Source: an uncultured virus (IMG/VR IMGVR_UViG_3300021963_006795) (taxonomy: Duplodnaviria > Heunggongvirae > Uroviricota > Caudoviricetes). From it: DNA of 64,000 nt. The stretch lies in IMG/VR virus record IMGVR_UViG_3300021963_006795; one strand, given 5' to 3'. Both the position numbers and the translations under genes were made by a program. Below the pieces are notes generated by a model that was given only the letters and a program-made list of their open reading frames with translations, ran no database searches and was not told the origin of the DNA. The number at the start of each line of letters is the position of its first letter. Positions within the stretch are counted from its first letter, which is position 1. Shown one piece after another: positions 48,585 to 58,258 of the stretch.

Positions 48585-49607
48585 TCATCTTACATGATGA
48601 CCACCAAACATATATCGCATACCATTTAAAATCTTGGATGCGAAAGCACCAAGACTGCGTGAATTAAATCTTTCATAGAGCGCAGTGGTGATGACAGGAG
48701 CGGGAACCCCCAAATCCACAGCGGTAGTAACTGTCCAGCGACCCTCACCGCTGTCGGATACGCCTCCAGAGAACTGTTTAAGGTCTGGATCGCGGCGTAA
48801 CACATCAGCAGTAAGATCAAGTAACCAACTACCAACAACGCTACCGCGACGCCATAACTCAGCCACTTCAGCAACATCAATATCATAACAGTAACTTTCT
48901 GGATCCGCCATTGGAGCGACTTCAGCATCTCCCTCTCTAACATACTTCGCACCAGCATTAGCATTCCTAAGGATATTAAATCCTTCTGCATACGCCTGCA
49001 TTATACCATACTCAATTCCATTGTGGACCATCTTGACAAAATGACCTGCACCTGGACCACCACAATGTAACCAACCAAACTCAGCAGAGGTTACATCCGA
49101 GTCAAATTGAGTCCTGGGGGCAGCATTGATTCCTGGGGCAAGGGCATCAAAAATGCTTGCACAAGTGGCGACCGCAGTATTTCCGCCGCCAACCATAAGA
49201 CAGTATCCACGATCCAAACCATAAACACCACCGCTAGTACCACAATCAATATATTGGATACCAAGTTTTGCCAAGCGTTCTGCTCTTTTCCTACTGTCTT
49301 TAAAATTGCTATTGCCATGATCAATAATAATATCTCCCTCACCACAATATCGTAGTAACTCATTGATTGTCTCCTCTACAGTTTCTGCTGGCACCACCAT
49401 CATAAAAATGCCTGGTTTATCATTACCTTTAACTATTTGAACAAGACTTTGTATAGTAGTTGTAACGCCATTAACATATCCTTTTTCATATGCCTCTTGC
49501 GCTTTATCATAGTTCCTTCTATAACCCCATACTTCAATACCTGCTTTCATCATACGGCGAGACATACCTTCGCCCATTCTTCCGAGACCGATTAATCCTA
49601 CTTTCAT
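48585..49607 (-). CDS. gnd: 6-phosphogluconate dehydrogenase (short form)
   Basis: GLGRMG, DHGNS, SGG, GAGHFVKMVHNGIEY, SDSGEGRW, FGGH. Confidence 0.95.
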   Translation of the reverse strand: MKVGLIGLGRMGEGMSRRMMKAGIEVWGYRRNYDKAQEAYEKGYVNGVTTTIQSLVQIVKGNDKPGIFMMVVPAETVEETINELLRYCGEGDIIIDHGNSNFKDSRKRAERLAKLGIQYIDCGTSGGVYGLDRGYCLMVGGGNTAVATCASIFDALAPGINAAPRTQFDSDVTSAEFGWLHCGGPGAGHFVKMVHNGIEYGIMQAYAEGFNILRNANAGAKYVREGDAEVAPMADPESYCYDIDVAEVAELWRRGSVVGSWLLDLTADVLRRDPDLKQFSGGVSDSGEGRWTVTTAVDLGVPAPVITTALYERFNSRSLGAFASKILNGMRYMFGGHHVR

Positions 49608-49823
49608 TTATTTCTCCCAGGATTCGTATTGTTGCCTAAAATAATTGTCAACTTTTCTTAAATCATCAAGATGAATATCACATTTATAGTTATGGTCATC
49701 ACACCATTCTAGTGCAAATGCATGAAACTTTTCTTCACTTTTTACTTTGGGAACTCCATATATTCTCGCCAAAGATGACATAACAAAATTCCAACATCCG
49801 TATTCCTTTTTCATTAGATACAA
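49608..49823 (-). CDS. Hypothetical protein
   Basis: 71-aa ORF abutting gnd. Confidence 0.55.
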   Translation of the reverse strand: MYLMKKEYGCWNFVMSSLARIYGVPKVKSEEKFHAFALEWCDDHNYKCDIHLDDLRKVDNYFRQQYESWEK

Positions 49824-49898
49824 ATAAAAAAGAACCCTCTATAATTATAAAAGGTTCTTCTTAAACTTAAAGTTTTGTTATGAATTTAAAACAAAGTG

Positions 49899-50969
49899 TT
49901 ATAGTGCGTTACCCCTAGGAAGCACCTCTTCAGGAAATACAAAGTTTTCATGAGGTTGATCTACAGGTGCCATCCAAGCACGAAGACCTTCATTCAATAA
50001 AATGTTTTTCGTGTAGAAGGTTTCAAACTCAGGGTCTTCTGCCGCTCTAACCTCTTGAGACACAAAATCGTATGCTCTAAGATTGAGCGCCAGACCAATA
50101 ATACCAATAGAAGAAGTCCAGAGGCCCATAACGGGAACGAAAAGCATGAAGAAATGAAGCCAACGCTTATTAGAAAAAGCAATCCCGAAGATCTGAGACC
50201 AAAAACGGTTAGCAGTAACCATCGAATAAGTTTCCTCTTCTTGAGTAGGTTCAAACGCTTTAAATGTATTTGATTGTTCGCCATCTTCGTAAAGCGTATT
50301 TTCTACAGTAGCACCATGAATAGCACAGAGTAGAGCACCACCAAGAATACCTGCTACTCCCATCATGTGAAATGGATTCAGGGTCCAGTTATGAAAACCT
50401 TGTAAGAATAGTAGGAACCTGAAGATTGCTGCGACACCAAAGGAAGGTGCGAAGAACCAACTAGATTGCCCCAAAGGGTACATAAGGAACACAGATACAA
50501 ATACTGCAATCGGTCCGGAGAATGCGATTGCGTTATAAGGACGAATACCTACAAGGCGAGCAATCTCAAACTGGCGAAGCATGAATCCGATCAGACTAAA
50601 GGCCCCGTGGAGTGCCACAAAAGGCCAGAGTCCCCCAAGTTGGAACCACCTGACGATATCCCCTTGAGCCTCAGGACCCCAGAGAAGAAGAAGAGAATGA
50701 CCCATAGCATCTGCTGGAGTACTAACTGCCGCAGTAAGAAAGTTTGCACCCTCAAGATAGGAACTTGCCAATCCGTGAGTATACCAACTCGTAACGAAAG
50801 TTGTCCCAGTAAGCCAACCACCAAGAGCAAGATAAGCAGTGGGAAAAAGAAGAAGTCCAGACCAGCCAACAAAAACGAAACGGTCTCTCTTAAGCCAGTC
50901 ATCGAGTACATCGAACCATCCCCGTTGTGAAATTGGTTGTGAAAGTGTTGAAGAAGTCATAGCCTCCAT
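49899..50969 (-). CDS. psbD: Photosystem II D2 protein
   Basis: [16 protein letters not shown]...[10 protein letters not shown]; uninterrupted; probable start MTSS at 50960. Confidence 0.98.
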   Translation of the reverse strand: MEAMTSSTLSQPISQRGWFDVLDDWLKRDRFVFVGWSGLLLFPTAYLALGGWLTGTTFVTSWYTHGLASSYLEGANFLTAAVSTPADAMGHSLLLLWGPEAQGDIVRWFQLGGLWPFVALHGAFSLIGFMLRQFEIARLVGIRPYNAIAFSGPIAVFVSVFLMYPLGQSSWFFAPSFGVAAIFRFLLFLQGFHNWTLNPFHMMGVAGILGGALLCAIHGATVENTLYEDGEQSNTFKAFEPTQEEETYSMVTANRFWSQIFGIAFSNKRWLHFFMLFVPVMGLWTSSIGIIGLALNLRAYDFVSQEVRAAEDPEFETFYTKNILLNEGLRAWMAPVDQPHENFVFPEEVLPRGNAL

Positions 50970-50981
50970 AGTTATTTCTCA

Positions 50982-51015
50982 TATTTATGTTAACATATCT
51001 TAATAGAACCGTCAA
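50982..51015 (-). promoter_or_regulatory. psbD dual promoter (sigma70 plus late)
   Basis: TTGACG-17 nt-TAACAT overlapping ATAAATA. Confidence 0.6.
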
Positions 51016-51133
51016 TGAGTATTTTTTCTATGGATGTAATAAATCCCAAATATGGGAACAAATACTAAAAGAAAACAAAGTATACCTAAAGTATAGTTAT
51101 TATTTAAAAACCAAACTGCAAAATGTCTCATGA

Positions 51134-51682
51134 TTATTTAAGAAGTCCTTTGAGTAAATGAATTGATTCCGAGAATCTATCAACATAATGTATCAAATCC
51201 ATTTCTTCATTATTCATAAAACCATTATCTAACATCTCATCCTCAATCCAATGTTTTAATGTTCTCCACATTCTTCCAACACAAATGATTGGTTTCCTAT
51301 CAATATGATTTACTTGAACTAATTGATAGATCATTGCCATTTCAAGAAGGGTTCCAATACCACCAGGAGTTACAATAAAAGCATCGCAATCAGCAAAAGT
51401 TTTTAATCTTGAATAGAATGTTTGATGCTTTTCGTATTCTTGAACATAAGGATTTACACCATCTTCAAATGGTAAATAAATTGCTTCAGCAACAGAACAT
51501 AATGAGTTACCCATACAAGCACTCATTGCTCCTTTATTTGCTGCTTCCATAGTTCCTGGACCGCCTCCAGTAACAACTATCCACCCTTCTGCTGCAATAT
51601 TTTTACCGAGTTTCTCTACTGCTTTATAAAGTCCAGAATCAGGACTCGTTCTTGCGGATCCGAAGATTGCTACTTTTTTCAT
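51134..51682 (-). CDS. LOG-family nucleotide phosphoribohydrolase
   Basis: FGSAR, TGGGPGTME, PGGIGTLLE. Confidence 0.85.
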   Translation of the reverse strand: MKKVAIFGSARTSPDSGLYKAVEKLGKNIAAEGWIVVTGGGPGTMEAANKGAMSACMGNSLCSVAEAIYLPFEDGVNPYVQEYEKHQTFYSRLKTFADCDAFIVTPGGIGTLLEMAMIYQLVQVNHIDRKPIICVGRMWRTLKHWIEDEMLDNGFMNNEEMDLIHYVDRFSESIHLLKGLLK

Positions 51683-51688
51683 ATTTAA

Positions 51689-51901
51689 TTATTTGATAAT
51701 TTCCGATTTTTTAGAATATTCTATATCATTCCAATGTCTTACTGCATTGGAAATGATAGCAATATTAGTAATGAGATAAGTAAGGAATATAAAAGTCCGT
51801 ACAATAGCAATGATATCTGCTTCTCTGTCACATTTAGACCCCTTTTCTCCAAGTGCTTTTGCCCATATTCTCCATATGGTTTTTCTTTTCTTTTTTTTCA
51901 T
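51689..51901 (-). CDS. Small membrane protein
   Basis: MKKKKRKTIWRIWAKALGEK...RHW with TM segment. Confidence 0.6.
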   Translation of the reverse strand: MKKKKRKTIWRIWAKALGEKGSKCDREADIIAIVRTFIFLTYLITNIAIISNAVRHWNDIEYSKKSEIIK

Positions 51902-52020
51902 CCCCAATACATCTGACCAAGAGTAAATAAAACAAATACAAGAACTGTAAATACCATCATACCTACTCCTGCCCAGATTATCCAAGACTCCATAGGATGA
52001 TGTTGATTATTATGAGACAT
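51898..52020 (-). CDS. Small single-TM peptide
   Basis: Manual translation ...PMESWIIWAGVGMMVFTVLVFVLFTLGQMYWG*; ATGA overlap with next gene. Confidence 0.5.
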   Translation of the reverse strand: MSHNNQHHPMESWIIWAGVGMMVFTVLVFVLFTLGQMYWG

Positions 52021-52045
52021 AAAAAAGAGGGTTGTTACACCCTCT
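52021..52045 (-). terminator. psbA terminator
   Basis: AGAGGGT-gtaaca-ACCCTCT followed by a T tract. Confidence 0.75.
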
Positions 52046-52071
52046 AGTTATATCAGATATTTAACTGGATA

Positions 52072-53151
52072 TCAACCGATTGCAGGTGCGGTAAGAGCAA
52101 CAGGAGTGTTCTCAGCAGCAGCAAGGTCAAGAGGGAAGTTGTGAGCGTTGCGCTCGTGCATCACTTCCATTCCGAGACCAGCACGATTGAGTACATCTGC
52201 CCAAGTATTCAGGACACGACCTTGACCATCGATGATGGACTGGTTGAAGTTGAAACCGTTGAGGTTGAATGCCATGGTACTAACACCAAGAGCAGTGAAC
52301 CAGATACCAACTACAGGCCATGCAGCAAGGAAGAAGTGCAGTGAACGGGAGTTATTGAAGGAAGCATATTGGAAAATAAGGCGACCAAAATAACCGTGAG
52401 CAGCTACAATGTTGTAGGTCTCTTCTTCTTGTCCGAACTTGTAACCGTAGTTCTGGGATTCTTGTTCAGTCGTTTCACGAACGAGTGAACTTGTGACCAG
52501 AGATCCATGCATAGCAGAGAACAGAGAACCACCGAATACACCAGCCACCCCAAGCATGTGGAAAGGGTGCATGAGGATATTATGTTCTGCCTGGAAAACA
52601 AGCATGTAGTTAAATGTACCTGAAATTCCAAGAGGCATGGCGTCAGAGAAGGAACCTTGTCCAAAGGGATATACAAGGAACACTGCAGAAGCAGCAGCAA
52701 CGGGTGCGCTGTAGGCAACACAAATCCAAGGACGCATACCAAGTCGGTAAGAAAGTTCCCATTCGCGGCCCATGTAAGCATAGATACCAATTAGAAAGTG
52801 GAATACGACCAATTGAAATGGTCCTCCATTATATAGCCACTCATCAAGAGAGGCAGCTTCCCAGATGGGATAAAAGTGCAGTCCAATTGCGTTGGACGAA
52901 GGAATAACAGCACCAGAAATGATGTTGTTTCCGTACATTAGTGAACCAGCAACTGGTTCACGGATACCGTCGATGTCTACAGGAGGAGCACCGATGAAGG
53001 CAATAATGAAGCAAGTGGTAGCAGCAAGCAGAGTTGGGATCATTAGAACGCCGAACCAACCTACATATAGGCGGTTATCAGTTGAAGTTACCCAGTTGCA
53101 GAACTGTTCCCAAATATTCGATTGTCGTTGTTGTGAAATTGCAGTAGTCAT
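52072..53151 (-). CDS. psbA: Photosystem II D1 protein
   Basis: [33 protein letters not shown]; no intron. Confidence 0.98.
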   Translation of the reverse strand: MTTAISQQRQSNIWEQFCNWVTSTDNRLYVGWFGVLMIPTLLAATTCFIIAFIGAPPVDIDGIREPVAGSLMYGNNIISGAVIPSSNAIGLHFYPIWEAASLDEWLYNGGPFQLVVFHFLIGIYAYMGREWELSYRLGMRPWICVAYSAPVAAASAVFLVYPFGQGSFSDAMPLGISGTFNYMLVFQAEHNILMHPFHMLGVAGVFGGSLFSAMHGSLVTSSLVRETTEQESQNYGYKFGQEEETYNIVAAHGYFGRLIFQYASFNNSRSLHFFLAAWPVVGIWFTALGVSTMAFNLNGFNFNQSIIDGQGRVLNTWADVLNRAGLGMEVMHERNAHNFPLDLAAAENTPVALTAPAIG

Positions 53152-53159
53152 TTTTTAAA

Positions 53160-53270
53160 AAGTAAGTAGTCCATCAGGGAAATGGTGGAGATACTTATTT
53201 CCTAGACACCCTAAGTCTAGGATATGAGAGACGCATTTATACTCCCCATAGGTCTCGGTTAGTGGGAGTT
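53160..53270 (-). ncRNA. Structured psbA 5' leader (PhotoRC-II-like)
   Basis: Stems CTCCCA/TGGGGAG, CCTAGAC/GTCTAGG, CCAT/ATGG and GAGAC/GTCTC; position matches the phage psbA leader motif. Confidence 0.55.
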
Positions 53271-53311
53271 ACAAAGATTAATGAACTGTTACATTCCTTA
53301 ATCTTTTGATG

Positions 53312-53345
53312 TATTTATCATAGCACGAGGTTTCAGGAGTGTCAA
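53312..53345 (-). promoter_or_regulatory. psbA dual promoter
   Basis: TTGACA-17 nt-TATGAT (extended TG) overlapping ATAAATA. Confidence 0.75.
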
Positions 53346-53380
53346 CCCGCTAAATAAGAATAGAACCATAAGAGTCTCTA

Positions 53381-53482
53381 ATGTCTAAGTCGCCCAACAA
53401 GAAGGGTAATAAAGGACCTTCAAAACAAAATCAAGGTAATGCGACTGCGAAAAAAGCAAAGAACGGTGGGAAGAAGAAGTGA
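53381..53482 (+). CDS. 33-aa Lys-rich peptide
   Basis: MSKSPNKKGNKGPSKQNQGNATAKKAKNGGKKK; CTAAATA at 53350. Confidence 0.5.
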   Translation: MSKSPNKKGNKGPSKQNQGNATAKKAKNGGKKK

Positions 53483-53485
53483 TAT

Positions 53486-53677
53486 ATGCCAAGAGAATGG
53501 AATACTCCAAAGCGTGAGCCTTGGAACGCTCCCATCCATAATATATTAAAAGCAATAGACAATCACACTCAAGAGTATTTCAAGAGTGGTGATATGTGGC
53601 ATCTACAAAAAGCAGACCAACTCAGGCAATATTTGCACGAGTTGAAAACTTGGATACACAAACAGGAGGGAAGATAA
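53486..53677 (+). CDS. Hypothetical protein (MPREWNTPKREPWN...)
   Basis: 63-aa ORF in a plus-strand cluster. Confidence 0.65.
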   Translation: MPREWNTPKREPWNAPIHNILKAIDNHTQEYFKSGDMWHLQKADQLRQYLHELKTWIHKQEGR

Positions 53678-53871
53678 TGGCATCTACTCTAAACAAACTT
53701 ATCTTTATCATATGTTTCTCAGTGATTGCTTTTGTTGGAATTGGTTTTATAAACTGTAACTTCATAACTCCATCCTCTCCTACCTGTAAAGAATCGGAAA
53801 GAAGAGGATATGAGACCCTTCTTACTGTGCTCACTACAATCATCGCATTACGAACAAAGATAGATGATTGA
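53677..53871 (+). CDS. Small two-TM protein
   Basis: TAATG coupling, GGAGG RBS, two hydrophobic segments. Confidence 0.6.
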   Translation: MASTLNKLIFIICFSVIAFVGIGFINCNFITPSSPTCKESERRGYETLLTVLTTIIALRTKIDD

Positions 53872-53872
53872 T

Positions 53873-54133
53873 ATGAAGAACATTAGTGCATTCACAGTAG
53901 TCAGATTAGTAATCCTCGCATGGTCTGCAGCATTACTGACATTTGGTTACATGGATTACCTAAAGAAAATGGATGCTACTTTCATAGCATCCATCTTTAC
54001 ATCTACTTTAGCAACCTTTGGTGTTGATGCTGCTAATAAGAAATCACAATCCAGCCTTAATAAATCTGTAGACTGTGATAACTGCGGATCCAAGAGTAGC
54101 AAAGAGAGCACCCAAACTACTGAAGAATCCTGA
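53873..54133 (+). CDS. Small two-TM protein (holin candidate)
   Basis: Two hydrophobic segments, polar tail, near endolysin. Confidence 0.5.
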   Translation: MKNISAFTVVRLVILAWSAALLTFGYMDYLKKMDATFIASIFTSTLATFGVDAANKKSQSSLNKSVDCDNCGSKSSKESTQTTEES

Positions 54134-54823
54134 TACCTTTTCTTCTAAAGGTTTTTTCTCCATGTGGAATAAATCTCTATTTTCATAGACCCACTTCCAC
54201 ATAGGTACTCTCATATCTTCTGGAACTAGTGGATCAATCCAAGAACTTATTTCATTTTCCCTATCATTCACAAGTATACCTTTACTGTTGTAAGAACGAA
54301 TTCTTTGAATGTTATATTCTCCAGTATAATCTACGCGCTTATTAGCGATCTCATCAGCAACCCAGAAATCTACATCCGCTTGTATTCTTTCCCAATGAGT
54401 TTTCATAAAAGTAATATCTAACTCAACATCACCATTCTCTGCTCTATAGGGATGCGATACACCATTCACACAAACTTCTAGTTTCCCAGGATGTAGTTTA
54501 CTTTTAGTGGGAAATTCTTGACACAACAATGGTTTAGGAATCATCCAAGATGTTCTTGTCATAACAAAGTAAGGGATACCAATAGCAAATGTTACTATTG
54601 TTCCTATAGTAAGTATTCTTTTTCTATGCCCATTGATTAAAGATTGGGCAGCTTCGCCAAGGTCTTTTGTTTTAGCAGCATGGATTACCAAAAGATTACG
54701 AAATGATTGTAGTCTTCTACGAAATCCAGAATCATATTCTGATTCTTCAGCAACAAGTATCATCTTATCCAGCTTCTGTAACAAGACCACATGATCTGTG
54801 TTATTACATTGCTCGGCGGGCAT
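54044..54823 (-). CDS. Membrane-anchored hypothetical protein
   Basis: 259 aa with TM segments near residue 75 and at the C-terminus; late promoter motif upstream. Confidence 0.6.
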   Translation of the reverse strand: MPAEQCNNTDHVVLLQKLDKMILVAEESEYDSGFRRRLQSFRNLLVIHAAKTKDLGEAAQSLINGHRKRILTIGTIVTFAIGIPYFVMTRTSWMIPKPLLCQEFPTKSKLHPGKLEVCVNGVSHPYRAENGDVELDITFMKTHWERIQADVDFWVADEIANKRVDYTGEYNIQRIRSYNSKGILVNDRENEISSWIDPLVPEDMRVPMWKWVYENRDLFHMEKKPLEEKVSGFFSSLGALFATLGSAVITVYRFIKAGL

Positions 54824-54867
54824 TTATTTGGCGTGAGACGATAGTACTATTTATAGATTGTAACAAA

Positions 54868-55482
54868 TTATGAAGACCAAAGTTTACCTTCTGCAACTCT
54901 TCTTCTTAACAATCCCGCTTCAACTTTACTCCCAGGATTACGATATAACTTCAAGGTTTCTGGGATTGCTTTCCAATTCTTTTGACTAAGATTACTCGTA
55001 ATAGTGTTGAAGCCGCTACTACCGTAGAAGCTAGCACCGAGATTATAAGCAAAAGATAAAAGTGCTCCTCGTTGATTGTCATTCATCTCACTCCAATAAG
55101 GTATTTTTTGAAGGGCAGGGAGAAACTCTCTTCTTAGTTGGAAATATAAAAGGTCATCTGCTTCATCCTGAGTGATTGTATTTCCAATCATAAAACGAGA
55201 ACCATCTTTTCTACGGGTGCTTCCCCATCCAATTGTGATAGGAAGTCCACCAGTATGAGGGTCATAATATGCCTTTAACTTACAACCCTCAAACTCCTTA
55301 ATCAAATCAACACCAGGTTCAGGAAGTCCCTCAAGTGTTGGTTCTATTTTTTCATCACGAAATCTTCGTGCAAACTCATCAAGAATTTCTTTATGAACTG
55401 TTGCTTGAAGAAAGTTCCAAGCATCTATTTGATGTGGAAGTCTCTTATCATATTGAACCGCATCATTAAATTTAATTGTCAT
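54868..55482 (-). CDS. GH24 lysozyme (endolysin)
   Basis: IKEFEG...YYD....TIGWG, ALLSFAYNLG, GLLRRR.AE. Confidence 0.9.
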   Translation of the reverse strand: MTIKFNDAVQYDKRLPHQIDAWNFLQATVHKEILDEFARRFRDEKIEPTLEGLPEPGVDLIKEFEGCKLKAYYDPHTGGLPITIGWGSTRRKDGSRFMIGNTITQDEADDLLYFQLRREFLPALQKIPYWSEMNDNQRGALLSFAYNLGASFYGSSGFNTITSNLSQKNWKAIPETLKLYRNPGSKVEAGLLRRRVAEGKLWSS

Positions 55483-56168
55483 GAGAATATTCTACCCCAA
55501 CCATCATTACCAGCAGGGCACCATCTACGAGCAAGTTCCCCTCTTTTATAAACTGCACCCTTACCATTATTTACGGATCCAGTATATCCATCGTTTAATG
55601 ATCCATAAGGATCATTAACAACATAGTCTCCTGTTGGGGTTTTACCAATTACTACAACCATGTGCCCGCCAGTAGGAGCAGATAGAGAACCCCTGTGTAA
55701 GATACCAATAACAACAGGTCTATTGTTGGATAACTCACGATCAAGATCAGAAAAAGTGAGGCTGTAACTAAAGTGTGACTGAATACCATAAGACGCCAGA
55801 ACACGGGTTTGAACCATGTGATCAGTTGAATCACCGATTGAGAACACTTTTTGAACATAAGCGTCATCGCCCTTTGCTCCCTTTAATGTGCCTGGTTTAA
55901 AATACTCTAATACCATAGCACAAGCAGAGGAATTACAGGTACGATGAGCATCCCTATAATTATCTGTTTGTGGAAAAAATGGAACCTCAAGAATTGATGA
56001 CTTTGGTTTTTCTGGTTGAGTTCTATAGATTCTTACCCAATTAGAATCATCATCTAAAAGACTAGAGACTGAACTTGAAAGATCTTTTTCAAGTTGATCT
56101 ACTGCAGCAACATGTTTTGGATTTTTTTCATCATAATGCTTAAAAAAGTTATGGAGGTCGATTTTCAT
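55479..56168 (-). CDS. C39-like cysteine peptidase
   Basis: QTDN...TCNSSACAM, GGHMVVVIG, NDPYG. Confidence 0.8.
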   Translation of the reverse strand: MKIDLHNFFKHYDEKNPKHVAAVDQLEKDLSSSVSSLLDDDSNWVRIYRTQPEKPKSSILEVPFFPQTDNYRDAHRTCNSSACAMVLEYFKPGTLKGAKGDDAYVQKVFSIGDSTDHMVQTRVLASYGIQSHFSYSLTFSDLDRELSNNRPVVIGILHRGSLSAPTGGHMVVVIGKTPTGDYVVNDPYGSLNDGYTGSVNNGKGAVYKRGELARRWCPAGNDGWGRIFS

Positions 56169-56196
56169 ATATTTTAAAACTGCTAGGGATATTTAT

Positions 56197-56226
56197 TAAA
56201 AAAGACCACCCCATTTGGAGTGGTCT
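56197..56226 (-). terminator. Porin terminator
   Basis: AGACCACTCC-aaat-GGGGTGGTCT followed by a T tract. Confidence 0.8.
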
Positions 56227-56248
56227 AACTCAACTTATGAGTGAATTA

Positions 56249-57715
56249 TCAGAACTTGAAGGTAGTCTGAATTACACCACCCCAGTTGGAGGAGTTTCCA
56301 GCAAGACGCTGGTTATCGCTACCATAGATGATAGCAGGAGTGATGCTGATGTTATCAGACACTTGGTACTTGTAGAAGACTTCAAGAAGAGTGGACTTCT
56401 CAAGGTTTTCGCCAGTAGGTGCCTGACCGATAGCAACACCAGCAGAATTACCCTTAGCAAATACATCTGCCCACTGGAGACCAGCAAACCAGGACTGACT
56501 GTTGGTAGCAGCACTTTCAGTACCACTTACAGTGTTCCAACCATAACCACCAGAGATTGAAGGTGCCCAACCAGATTGGGTGGGTTGCCAATATGCGTTG
56601 ATAGCATAACCATTAGAGGTTTGACCAGGAACCAGAGTGCCAGAAGCACCGTTCAGACCGTTGTAAGTGCGAACACGAGTGCCTTCGGTGCCATAACGAT
56701 AACCGAAAGCAGCACCCCAGTTAGTGCCACGATAACCGATTTGTGCCAGAGTATTCAGAGCACCAGTCTCATCAAACTCACCACGGGTGCTATCTTGACC
56801 TGCTTGTGCAACATAATTCACACCAGCAACAAGACCTTTCTTACCATACTGGACACCGAAACCAGCACCAGTTGCTTTGTTATAAACACCAGGAGTACCA
56901 GCAACAGCAAAGAAGTCAAGAATACCAGACTTGTATGCAGAAGGCATCCAAGCAATCTCAGTGTTACGAACCAGAGCACCAGCAGTCAGAGTTGCTTTGT
57001 TATTGAAAGCAGGGAACGAATAGTAGAGACGATCAATCACTACATTGTTACCAACTTCACTGGAAGTATCATCTGCTTTATCCAGTTTGAAAATTGAAGA
57101 ACTAGAACCGAAGGGATTGCTACTAAAGTTAGCAGAACGCAGACGAGTACGAAGCAGATCCTTGCCAGTGAATGAAGTATCCAGGTTCAGACGGAGATCG
57201 TAGTTGAATGCGGTATGAGTTACATCACCACCTTTGGTCTGGTATTCATCAACACCACCAAGAACGAAGTTTGCTTCACCACGAAGTTTTGTAGTGGTGG
57301 AAAACTGGGTTGCTTCAAGTTCACCAACTTGTGCTTCCAGTTTTCCTACACGATTACGAAGCACAGCAAGTTCTTGCTCAAACTCATTAGCAAGACGCTT
57401 GAGTTCATCGGTAACTTCGGTCACACGATCCAGGCAAGCATTCAGAAGTGCTGCCGCTTCATAACGGGTCATTGCCTTACCACCACCAAAGGTGCCGTTA
57501 GGATAACCAGCAACGCAACCATAACGCTCTACAAGGTTGCTGAGTGCTTGATATGCCCAATCAGTAGGACGGACATCAGAAAATTGAGTGACACTTGTAA
57601 CTTGCTCAGAAGAATATTGGTTGACCCCGTTCATATTAAGGTCTGCTGCCATCGCAGCAGGAGCAACCATTCCCAGAGCAACAGGTGCAAGCATCAGTTG
57701 TTGAAAGAATTTCAT
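56249..57715 (-). CDS. Cyanobacterial porin (SLH domain plus OprB-type barrel)
   Basis: Signal peptide, FSDVRPTDWAYQAL..LVERYGCVAGYP, FSTTTKL.GE, C-terminal TTFKF. Confidence 0.92.
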   Translation of the reverse strand: MKFFQQLMLAPVALGMVAPAAMAADLNMNGVNQYSSEQVTSVTQFSDVRPTDWAYQALSNLVERYGCVAGYPNGTFGGGKAMTRYEAAALLNACLDRVTEVTDELKRLANEFEQELAVLRNRVGKLEAQVGELEATQFSTTTKLRGEANFVLGGVDEYQTKGGDVTHTAFNYDLRLNLDTSFTGKDLLRTRLRSANFSSNPFGSSSSIFKLDKADDTSSEVGNNVVIDRLYYSFPAFNNKATLTAGALVRNTEIAWMPSAYKSGILDFFAVAGTPGVYNKATGAGFGVQYGKKGLVAGVNYVAQAGQDSTRGEFDETGALNTLAQIGYRGTNWGAAFGYRYGTEGTRVRTYNGLNGASGTLVPGQTSNGYAINAYWQPTQSGWAPSISGGYGWNTVSGTESAATNSQSWFAGLQWADVFAKGNSAGVAIGQAPTGENLEKSTLLEVFYKYQVSDNISITPAIIYGSDNQRLAGNSSNWGGVIQTTFKF

Positions 57716-57778
57716 AGATTTGTTTTTTGTTTGTACTATAGGACAAAGATTAAGAATTACAACAGAATTCTTAAGTAC

Positions 57779-57813
57779 TTATTTAGTTTAGTAGGGGGGT
57801 TTATTTTTGTCAA
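57779..57813 (-). promoter_or_regulatory. Porin dual promoter
   Basis: TTGACA-17 nt-TAAACT running into CTAAATA. Confidence 0.65.
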
Positions 57814-57820
57814 GTAAGTT

Positions 57821-58219
57821 CTATTTGGTACAGTTATCCGACCAAGGAGCACATAACCTGATCTCTCCACCAAGAGATTGACATTCATCAGTATAACACA
57901 CAGAGGTATCAACTGGTTTTACCATATATCTTGGTGATGGAAGTTTAACAGTTCCATCATCGCCTGTCAAGCGTTCGTAATCTCGGATTGCTTTGTCCAC
58001 TGTTCGCTTGACATCTCTATCCACTATACCATCATTTTTCTGGAGTTCTGGGATAAGAGGGGAATCTGGTTGATATGTTTGAAGATATTCGTAAATAATA
58101 TCCCAGATGTGTTTTTCTTCTATTTTTATACACGAAGAAAGTGACCCTACTATTAAAGATAAAACTACAATAGTTGTAATAGATGCTTTCTTTTTACCAA
58201 AAGAAAAATTTAATTTCAT
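57821..58219 (-). CDS. Hypothetical lipoprotein-like protein
   Basis: Basic N-terminus, hydrophobic stretch, LSSC; Cys-rich C-terminus. Confidence 0.55.
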   Translation of the reverse strand: MKLNFSFGKKKASITTIVVLSLIVGSLSSCIKIEEKHIWDIIYEYLQTYQPDSPLIPELQKNDGIVDRDVKRTVDKAIRDYERLTGDDGTVKLPSPRYMVKPVDTSVCYTDECQSLGGEIRLCAPWSDNCTK

Positions 58220-58258
58220 GGAAGGGGGAGCATCAGTCCCCCTATTTATTCTATTGTA

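Noticed and set aside
49899..53151. Group I introns or homing endonuclease in psbA/psbD
   Set aside because: Both frames are continuous and full length; the HNH gene is about 2 kb away and free-standing
48626..57817. Many overlapping and antisense ORFs on gnd, psbD, psbA and the porin
   Set aside because: Shadow frames expected in GC-richer, codon-biased genes; no RBS or motifs
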